Assembly (NCBI GenBank): GCA_030611665.1
Contig: JAUWPI010000018.1
Location: 1-24,000 of the forward strand
From: Candidatus Heimdallarchaeota archaeon
Lineage (GTDB): Archaea; Asgardarchaeota; Heimdallarchaeia; Heimdallarchaeales; Heimdallarchaeaceae
Direction of reading: 5' to 3'
Length of the DNA stretch: 24,000 nt
A program made the position numbers and the translations under genes. The notes beneath the pieces were generated by a model. It was not told the DNA's origin. It ran no database searches and saw nothing but the letters and a program-made list of their open reading frames with translations. Numbering within the stretch: the first letter of the stretch is position 1; each line of letters starts with the position of its first letter. This document shows, piece by piece, positions 17,452 to 24,000 of this stretch.

Positions 17452-18612
17452 ATGAGTACTGAGTTATCAATTGTTTCTGAGTATACTTCAATCAATCTTG
17501 ATGAACCGCTATCAAAAGTGTTTGAATATTTTAAAGAAAATGTACGTGAAGTTCTAGTTTTTGACGAAAAAAGCGTCTTCTTTGGTTATCTTACAAAGAA
17601 GAATATAACAAGGCAATCTAGAATACAACCTAATACTAAAGTATCCAACTTACTCCAGAAAGTTCCAACTGTTAAGAGGAATTCCTCTGTTGATGATATA
17701 GCCAGAGCTCTTTTATCTGCAAAGATAAATACTGTTCCTATCGAAGACGAGGGAAAAATCATTGGTGTTTTTAGGGACATCGATGTCATCAGGGTCTCTG
17801 CTGCATTGTTTAAAGATAAAACTGTGAAAGATATGATGACACCAAATCCTATCTGTGTCAGTCCTGATACTACAGCAGCAAGGCTAATCGCAATCTCTAG
17901 GACAAATAATATTTCCAGAGCACCTGTAGTTGATGAAAACAATTACTTATTAGGTATTGTTAGTCCTCACGATATGGCTGAGCTTCTAATTCCTTCATTC
18001 CCCACTAAACAAACTAGGGGAGATAGGTCAGCTGTACAACATACTCCACTCGTAGCCCCTGTTAAAGATCTTATGACTGAAGAAGTGGTTAGTTGTAAAG
18101 AAAACGAGTTGGTTCTTGAAGCTATAAGTAAGCTATACAAATCCAATCACAAAACACTAATTATAATAAACGAAGAAAATCACCCTGTTGGAGTTTTAAC
18201 TACTACAGATCTTCTTGAAACTGTAAGCATCCCACCTCAGACTGAAGGATACTATGTAAGAGTAATTGGAGATGTTGATGATGAAGACATGGAACCAATC
18301 ATTGAGATGGGTGTAGATCTTGTTAAGAAATTTGCTTCTGTGATCGGTAATTCCGGACAATTATTTATTCATGCCAAATCTATTCCAAAGAAGAAGTTTA
18401 GAGGATTTGTTCTCTATCAGATAAGATTGAGAATATCCACAGACAAAGGTCATACCTATGTAGCTAAAGCAGAAGGTTATGGAGTTTACAGTGCACATGC
18501 CGTAGCCTTAGATAGATTAGAAAGAGAAATTATCTCTGAAAGAGAATTGGCGATACAATCTAGACAATCTGGGAGTGAAAGATACCTTCTTGATGAACTT
18601 GAAGAAGTCTAA
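17452..18612 (+). CDS. CBS-domain protein with C-terminal HPF/S30AE-like domain
   Basis: 386 aa; repeated CBS units (e.g. 'VKDMMTPNPICVSPDTTAARLIAISRTNNISRAPVVDENNYLLGIVSPHDMAELL', 'VKDLMTEEVVSCKENELVLEAISKLYKSNHKTLIIINEENHPVGVLTTTDLLE') followed by 'YYVRVIGDVDDEDMEPIIEMGVDLVKKF...YQIRLRISTDKGHTYVAKAEGYGVYSAHAVALDRLEREI', resembling the hibernation-promoting factor fold. Confidence 0.85.
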   Translation: MSTELSIVSEYTSINLDEPLSKVFEYFKENVREVLVFDEKSVFFGYLTKKNITRQSRIQPNTKVSNLLQKVPTVKRNSSVDDIARALLSAKINTVPIEDEGKIIGVFRDIDVIRVSAALFKDKTVKDMMTPNPICVSPDTTAARLIAISRTNNISRAPVVDENNYLLGIVSPHDMAELLIPSFPTKQTRGDRSAVQHTPLVAPVKDLMTEEVVSCKENELVLEAISKLYKSNHKTLIIINEENHPVGVLTTTDLLETVSIPPQTEGYYVRVIGDVDDEDMEPIIEMGVDLVKKFASVIGNSGQLFIHAKSIPKKKFRGFVLYQIRLRISTDKGHTYVAKAEGYGVYSAHAVALDRLEREIISERELAIQSRQSGSERYLLDELEEV

Positions 18613-18651
18613 CCTTCTTATTTTCTTGATTTTCTTTAGCTATTTTTCTCC

Positions 18652-18658
18652 TTTTTTT
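18652..18658 (+). terminator. Poly-T tract, candidate terminator after the CBS gene
   Basis: Pyrimidine-rich region ending in CTTTTTTTGC 40 nt after the CBS-protein stop. Confidence 0.35.
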
Positions 18659-18733
18659 GCACACATCCCTCTCGCATAGTTTAAAAATGGATTAATCAAA
18701 TTCATCTTAATCCTTACTTAGAGATGATTTGAA

Positions 18734-19789
18734 ATGAGCAATAAAGAACCAAGAAAAAGAAAAAGAAATTTCGCTATGCTAAACCGTGAAGTAATAAAAC
18801 CAGGTTACTGTGTTTCATGTGGAGGATGTGAAGCTGTTTGTCCTGTTTATGTTATTTCAATTGAGCAACTAAAACCTAAACTTGTTGGAGGCTGCATTTC
18901 TTGCGGAGCTTGCATAGATATATGCTTACGATTTAAGCAAAAAGTTGAACAACCAACATATCCTGTAGACGAGATTGGAACCATTTTGGAGATTTATACA
19001 GGAAAAACTAAAGATGAAGAAATTCACTCTAAATCGCAAAATGGTGGCATTGTAACTACTTTGCTCTTAACAGCTTTGAAGAAAGGAAAAATCGATAGTT
19101 CGCTGGTGACTGCTCATGGAAGTGATTTACTAAGTCCCATGCCAACTTTAGCACTTTCTGAGTTCGATATTCGAAAGTCATCAAAATCTAAATACACTCT
19201 TAATCCCGTTCTGATAAAACTCTCATCAATTAAACTAAGTAATAAGAAAAAAGTTGCCGCAGTTGGTTTACCTTGTCATAATGAAACTTTAACTAATATA
19301 ATGGATATGAAAAACCTTGGAGCAGATTTCAGAGTGAAATACAAAATAGGTCTGTTCTGCATGAGCTGCTATGAACCAACCGGCTTTCGCGATATTATAT
19401 CTAACAGTTTGGGTCTCTCTACATCCAATCTTACAAAAACCGATTGTGCCCGTGGAAAATTCTTCTTTGAACACCCCGATGGGACGACCGATATAAAAAT
19501 CAAAGAATGTGGTAGTGCAAAAGCAGAGGGATGCAAATACTGTAAAGACTTTGCAGCTGAATTTGCAGATATCTCAATTGGTAATATTGGTGTTGATGAC
19601 GATAGCAACATCATCCTAATAAGAACCAAAGCTGGAAAAGAGTTATTCGAGTTTGCTCTTAAAGACAATTTATTAGATGTAAAGAAAATTGATGAAAGTA
19701 AATGGGAAGAAACATTAGCTCCTGCAGTCAAATTATCATCATTAAAAAGAAAAGGAGCTAAAGCTTTAGCTCCCATAGAATCAGCATAA
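18734..19789 (+). CDS. FrhB/FpoF-like F420 hydrogenase/dehydrogenase beta-subunit family iron-sulfur protein
   Basis: 351 aa; N-terminal 'CVSCGGCEAVCP' and 'CISCGACIDIC'; 'HSKSQNGGIVTTLLLTALKKGKIDSSLVT'; 'AAVGLPCHNETL'; 'KYKIGLFCMSCYEPTGFRDI'; 'GCKYCKDFAAEFADISIGNIGVDDDSNIILIRTKAG'. Confidence 0.88.
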   Translation: MSNKEPRKRKRNFAMLNREVIKPGYCVSCGGCEAVCPVYVISIEQLKPKLVGGCISCGACIDICLRFKQKVEQPTYPVDEIGTILEIYTGKTKDEEIHSKSQNGGIVTTLLLTALKKGKIDSSLVTAHGSDLLSPMPTLALSEFDIRKSSKSKYTLNPVLIKLSSIKLSNKKKVAAVGLPCHNETLTNIMDMKNLGADFRVKYKIGLFCMSCYEPTGFRDIISNSLGLSTSNLTKTDCARGKFFFEHPDGTTDIKIKECGSAKAEGCKYCKDFAAEFADISIGNIGVDDDSNIILIRTKAGKELFEFALKDNLLDVKKIDESKWEETLAPAVKLSSLKRKGAKALAPIESA

Positions 19790-19824
19790 TTTCCACTAAG
19801 TTCAATCTATTTAGGGTGAATTAA

Positions 19825-20574
19825 ATGCACCATATTGAGATCATTCCATTGGAATTACCAATAATCACGGAAGGCGATGATATAGCTAGTCTTATTATTG
19901 ATTCCATTCAAAAAACAACAATTCAAATCACAGATGGTGACATAATAGTAATTGCTCATACTATAATTTCTAGAGCTGAAGGCATGGAGTTTTATCTTCC
20001 ATCCCTTAACCCTTCACCTGTCGCTGAATTGATTGCTAGAAGAACCGGCAAAGATTCCTCTCTTGTTGAGCTTATATTATCAGAATCTACAAAGATTCTA
20101 AAAGTAAAAAACAATATCATTATAACAAAAACCAAACAAGGATGGATTTGTGCTAACTCTGCAGTAGATCAATCAAATACCAAACCTAACTGTGCCGTGA
20201 CTCTGCCAATTGATTCTAGCAAATCAGCAACTTTCATTGGTAAGAAATTATCTGAAACCTATCAAAAAGATCTATCTTTGTTAATAGCTGATACTCATGG
20301 TAGGGCTCTAAGGCGTGGTGCAATCAATGTAGCAATTGGTTCCTATAATTTTTCAGTTATCGATGATGCAAAAGGAAGAGAAGATATTTTTGGTTACAAG
20401 CTTAAATCAACAGTTGTAGCTTTGGCTGATGAAGTGTGTTCGGCAGCTGAACTAGTTATGGGTCAAGCTGGAGAAATGATACCTGTTGTTATAATAAGAG
20501 GATTTAAACAACGATCAATTGTTTCGGATATCAGGGAACTTCAATTTGAAGATGACCGCAGATTATTTCAATAG
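19825..20574 (+). CDS. cofE: Coenzyme F420-0:L-glutamate ligase
   Basis: 249 aa; 'GDIIVIAHTIISRAEG', 'LVELILSES', 'GWICANSAVDQSN', 'LLIADTHGRALRRGAINVAIG', 'VVALADEVCSAAELVMGQAGEMIPVVIIRG'. Confidence 0.93.
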   Translation: MHHIEIIPLELPIITEGDDIASLIIDSIQKTTIQITDGDIIVIAHTIISRAEGMEFYLPSLNPSPVAELIARRTGKDSSLVELILSESTKILKVKNNIIITKTKQGWICANSAVDQSNTKPNCAVTLPIDSSKSATFIGKKLSETYQKDLSLLIADTHGRALRRGAINVAIGSYNFSVIDDAKGREDIFGYKLKSTVVALADEVCSAAELVMGQAGEMIPVVIIRGFKQRSIVSDIRELQFEDDRRLFQ

Positions 20575-20580
20575 TAAAAA

Positions 20581-20600
20581 CCTTAAACTGTAATTTAAGG
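20581..20600. repeat. Perfect inverted repeat just after cofE
   Basis: CCTTAAA-ctgtaa-TTTAAGG, 7-bp stem with 6-nt loop, starting 7 nt after the cofE stop. Confidence 0.6.
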
Positions 20601-20729
20601 CTCTGAAATCAAACATTAGCTAGATTGAGCTTAAACTAAACAAACGTTTATATTCTTCTGTTTTTTAACTAGCTTAGTTGTCTGAGCTTTGTCTCAGCTG
20701 TTTAGTTAAGACAAGAGAGGTGCTATTCG

Positions 20730-21452
20730 TTGTTTAAAGGGTTAAAGAAATCTAGTGCAGAAAAAGCCAATGAACATTTAGGAAAAGCACGTTTAGCTGC
20801 TCAACATAAGAAGTATGGTGAAGCATCTGAGTACGCTGAAAAAGCCATAGAAATTTTCAAACAAAACGAGAATAGAAAACAGATAGATTTGGCAAAAGCT
20901 TTATACTATGAATATCTTGGTTTGAATGCCATTAAATTTGATAAGGCACTAGAAGCAGCAAACTACTTGGGAAGATCAGGTGGCTTTTACCATCGCTTAG
21001 GTCTGATTACGGAATACCAGAGAATTTTCCATCAACAGGCAAAAATCTTGCGTGTAATTGCTGGACAACTTATGAAAGAAAAGCGTTTTGTTGAAGCAGC
21101 ATCTCATTTTGAACAAGCTGCAATGGCTTATCAACGAATAGATAACAAGGTTGAAGAACTTGATTGCAAAGCAAAATCATATATCTCTCGTGCTGCAGCA
21201 GAGAAAAACATTTCCGGAAGAAAAGTATTTCTTAAAAAAGCTGTTGAACTCATGGAAGAAAGAGGTTCTGATGAACCGGTCATTAAAGCTCATCTAGCTT
21301 ATTATAATGCTCTATTTGTTGAAGAAGAGAAACCTCAACTAGCTTTGAAATATTATTCTGAAGCCCTTCAAAATTATCAATTAGCAGGATCTCAAGGAAG
21401 AGTTGAAGAAGTTAAAGAGAAGATGACAACTCTTACAGAAAAATCAGGTTAA
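20730..21452 (+). CDS. TPR/alpha-solenoid protein, possibly alpha-SNAP-like
   Basis: 240 aa; repeated A/Y-rich helical pairs such as 'KKYGEASEYAEKAIEIFKQ', 'KRFVEAASHFEQAAMAYQRI', 'EKPQLALKYYSEALQNYQLAGS'; TTG start preceded by GAGAGG. Confidence 0.7.
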   Translation: MFKGLKKSSAEKANEHLGKARLAAQHKKYGEASEYAEKAIEIFKQNENRKQIDLAKALYYEYLGLNAIKFDKALEAANYLGRSGGFYHRLGLITEYQRIFHQQAKILRVIAGQLMKEKRFVEAASHFEQAAMAYQRIDNKVEELDCKAKSYISRAAAEKNISGRKVFLKKAVELMEERGSDEPVIKAHLAYYNALFVEEEKPQLALKYYSEALQNYQLAGSQGRVEEVKEKMTTLTEKSG

Positions 21453-21591
21453 TTGTTCCTTTGTATTCTTCTTTAGGTTTTAATCAGTAGTCAACTCGAA
21501 GATATGATGTGTCTTTTACGTTAGGTAATTAAAAGAAGGTTTAAAAGACAAAAAGAGAAAAAATAACAACGATTATTCAGAGGCCGTTAAA

Positions 21592-21840
21592 TTGGTAAAA
21601 ATACTACAAGCTCTTAAAATAACTTTATTCTATTTTGTTCCATTAACAATATCTATGGGAGCAATGCTTATTTCGTTATCATTAGCAGATTTGCGACAAG
21701 TGTCAGGAGGTATAGCCTACGCCAATGAGCCAATACCAGTGTTTGCACTGTTGGGTATCTTCGTAGCTGCGGCAATTATATTCATATTCTTCCTTTTCAA
21801 GGGAGTAGGCGACATAACAGAAGCAGCATTAATAGAATAA
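21592..21840 (+). CDS. Small protein with two predicted TM helices
   Basis: 82 aa; 'LFYFVPLTISMGAMLISLSLA' and 'VFALLGIFVAAAIIFIFFLF'; TTG start preceded by AGAGG-like sequence. Confidence 0.5.
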   Translation: MVKILQALKITLFYFVPLTISMGAMLISLSLADLRQVSGGIAYANEPIPVFALLGIFVAAAIIFIFFLFKGVGDITEAALIE

Positions 21841-21997
21841 AATCAGATGATTAGAAGAAGAACTAGTTCTTCAGCTTTTTTTATTTTCCTAGTGATTATT
21901 TGATTCTCATAAAAGGTTTTAAGTGTTTAATATTACCAACCTCAAGCACGAAAATGATATATCTATCTAAATATGTTAACCTATAGTAGTATCAGAG

Positions 21998-23698
21998 TTG
22001 GGAACAATGATTCATGTTTCAGCTAAGAAAAAAAAATCGGTTGCTTCAGTTGAAGATTTGTTTATCAATGAACCAATACACACACGCATCTTGAGTTTCT
22101 CAGCACTAGTAAAAATTGCTTCTTTAGTTATTTTAGCAGTTCTCGCTTATTTTCTAGTCAATATTGTTGTTCAATATGAAAACTCTCCTTATTTTCCAAT
22201 TCTTATAATTCTCATAATTACAGTGTTTTTCCTTTTTTGGGTAACTTGCCTTTACTTATTATTTAGTATAACAAGCACTCAACTTGAAACAAAATTATTC
22301 AAAAAACTCTTTTCTCTTCTATTGGTGATGGGGGTTCTTTCAGCTTATTTTGCTGTGGTCATAGAAAATAAGTCTTTTACTTTGGTATCCATTATTTCTG
22401 GATTTTTCTCGTCGATAGGATCATTTCCTGAAGTGTACAATATTGTATATTATATCTTCTACGTATTTATTATCCCTATAGTTGAAGAAATAGCGAAGAT
22501 TTTCCCCATTATTATCTTGCTAGGAAACTATGTAAGATTAAATCTCAACGCTAAACGATCGATTCACACAAGACTTACTCCCTCTTTCAGAATTTTTATT
22601 TTAATAGGTGGTTTTTTTGGAGCATGGTTTGACTTGTTTGAACAATTTCTTTCCTATTCTAGCTCTTCTTCACCTCAGACCATTATTGATTTCTTAATTC
22701 TTAAACGAAGCATCTACCCTTTACACACTGTAACAACTATGCTAGCTGCTGCAGGTTTAGGGCTGGCATTCTTATATCGCAACAAACTTCCAAAAATCAC
22801 GAGAGTAGCAATAGGTGTACTGTTTCTAACTCTAAGCATTTCTATCCATAGTTTGTGGAACTATAATACAAAATTTAATACAAATATGGAAACCATGTCA
22901 CTAATTTATTCAATTCTTGGGACCTTATCTTATGTTTTGTTTGGAATATTTGTTTTATTGGCACTTTTCTATGTTCCTAGCTTTTGTTCTAAATGTTTTA
23001 CTCAACACATTGGGAAGGAATGTCCAGATACTTCATCTCACTCCCATCCTTCAAAGGAAAATCTTGAGAAAAAGAAAAATACAGAACCTCTATATGATGA
23101 AAAAACTAACTTAATGGTATGTTCACAGTGTAGAACACCTGTATATACTGGAGAATTTTGTCTGAATTGTTGGTCCTTCCCTAAAATACAATGCCAAAAC
23201 TGCAATCAAGTACTGCCGTCGTTTACACGTATTTGTTGGTCATGTGGAACAGAAGTAGATGCATTATACGAAAAGATGAGTTCCTCCTCTCCACCATTTT
23301 TCGCATCAATCGCAGTTGGATTTACTCGTATTCTAGCTGTTGGGATGTTTATCAGTTTTATTTTTACATTTACAACTATGGAATATACAATGTCATTCCT
23401 TGGGTATACTTTATTCTTACTTTCAATTATAATAGCAATATTCGTAACTGTGTTTTGGTACAGATACAAAAGAAATAGAGTAAAATCTATTATAAGTTCA
23501 ATAAACCTTCTTTCAATTGTTGCAATATCAATAATTGTGACCTCTTTGTATATGATAGTTTTTTCATTACTTTTGATAATCTCTATCTTGCACATAGTCT
23601 ATGGAATCGTAGGTATGTTATGCACACTTACATTAGTTTCTGCAAGTGTTTACTTCCTATTAAAAACATCAAAAGGAGTGAGATTAATAGTTCTATAG
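21998..23698 (+). CDS. PrsW-like intramembrane protease family protein with zinc-ribbon insertion and additional TM region
   Basis: 566 aa; 'IPIVEEIAK', 'GGFFGAWFDLFEQ', 'RSIYPLHTVTT', 'SIHSLWNY' align with PrsW/CPBP-like conserved motifs; then Cys pairs 'CSQC...CLNC', 'CQNC...CWSC', then more TM helices. Likely start is the ATG at 22007 rather than the TTG at 21998. Confidence 0.65.
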   Translation: MGTMIHVSAKKKKSVASVEDLFINEPIHTRILSFSALVKIASLVILAVLAYFLVNIVVQYENSPYFPILIILIITVFFLFWVTCLYLLFSITSTQLETKLFKKLFSLLLVMGVLSAYFAVVIENKSFTLVSIISGFFSSIGSFPEVYNIVYYIFYVFIIPIVEEIAKIFPIIILLGNYVRLNLNAKRSIHTRLTPSFRIFILIGGFFGAWFDLFEQFLSYSSSSSPQTIIDFLILKRSIYPLHTVTTMLAAAGLGLAFLYRNKLPKITRVAIGVLFLTLSISIHSLWNYNTKFNTNMETMSLIYSILGTLSYVLFGIFVLLALFYVPSFCSKCFTQHIGKECPDTSSHSHPSKENLEKKKNTEPLYDEKTNLMVCSQCRTPVYTGEFCLNCWSFPKIQCQNCNQVLPSFTRICWSCGTEVDALYEKMSSSSPPFFASIAVGFTRILAVGMFISFIFTFTTMEYTMSFLGYTLFLLSIIIAIFVTVFWYRYKRNRVKSIISSINLLSIVAISIIVTSLYMIVFSLLLIISILHIVYGIVGMLCTLTLVSASVYFLLKTSKGVRLIVL

Positions 23699-23707
23699 GT
23701 GAATAAT

Positions 23708-24000
23708 ATGGTAATTACTCAGCGCCCTCCCCTTCCTGTTGATCGTGGTCCAAAGGTTGAAGGAGGTACCCCTCCCCTCAAAATGACTTTAAGGGGTGTA
23801 ATGTTCAAATTAGTTTTTCCTCATTTGAAAAATAGAGGTAAACGTGAGTATATTACTAAACTTATCCTAAGAATCTCAACTTACATGGCAGTTGGATATG
23901 GTTTTTCAATATTTTTTGGTGTTCTTTATCATTTACTCCAAAAACTTTTCACCATAACTTCATTAATTTGGTCTCCTGATGCAATTTTAATTCTGCCATT
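23708..24000 (+). CDS. Putative membrane protein, C-terminus cut by window edge
   Basis: ATG 23708 is open to the window end: MVITQRPPLPVDRGPKVEGGTPPLKMTLRGVMFKLVFPHLKNRGKREYITKLILRISTYMAVGYGFSIFFGVLYHLLQKLFTITSLIWSPDAILILP. It starts 10 nt after the previous stop. Confidence 0.55.
   Translation, partial: MVITQRPPLPVDRGPKVEGGTPPLKMTLRGVMFKLVFPHLKNRGKREYITKLILRISTYMAVGYGFSIFFGVLYHLLQKLFTITSLIWSPDAILILP

Noticed and set aside
17231-17942. ORFs 17231..17416 (+) and 17586..17942 (-)
   Set aside because: Alternative-frame overlap with the GTPase and antisense to the CBS-protein gene respectively.
19289-19776. - strand ORFs 19289..19474 and 19369..19776
   Set aside because: Antisense to the FrhB-like gene; the 135 aa length is notable but composition is that of a shadow ORF.
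22917-23595. ORFs 22917..23114 (+), 23191..23478 (+) and 23206..23595 (-)
   Set aside because: Alternative frames or antisense within the PrsW/zinc-ribbon gene, which has clear CxxC motifs in its own frame.
1-24000. CRISPR arrays, transposons, phage or toxin-antitoxin/defence islands
   Set aside because: No regularly spaced repeats, terminal inverted repeats, transposase/integrase motifs, Cas or known defence-protein signatures were recognised; the region looks like an ordinary chromosomal core with several poorly characterised genes.

Overview
AT-rich, gene-dense archaeal chromosomal segment. The gene content (Ras/Rab-like and MglA-like small GTPases, Roadblock/LC7 proteins, longin-like proteins, CDC48, FEN1, Trm5, F420-related genes) suggests an Asgard/Heimdall-type lineage; this affiliation is inference. 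Recognisable genes: a Roadblock/LC7 protein cut by the left edge, a coiled-coil protein, DUF371, Trm5, an ASST-like membrane-anchored protein, tRNA-Lys(CTT), an SDR oxidoreductase, an MglA-like GTPase with a Roadblock partner, PCMT, FEN1, a THUMP/Trm-G10-like methyltransferase, a NapH-like polyferredoxin, CDC48/VAT, an unknown longin-like protein overlapping a Rab-like GTPase, a 4xCBS + HPF(S30AE)-like protein, an FrhB-like protein, CofE, a TPR/SNAP-like protein and a PrsW-like protease with zinc ribbons. No CRISPR array, transposase, phage genes or rRNA were seen. The best candidates for something new are: (1) the longin-like + Rab-like GTPase pair at 15.9-17.4 kb; (2) the density of GTPase/Roadblock/longin modules; (3) a multi-TM ORF interrupted by a single in-frame TAG at 6424-6426; (4) a decayed or frameshifted coding remnant at about 261-510; (5) the CBS-HPF fusion.
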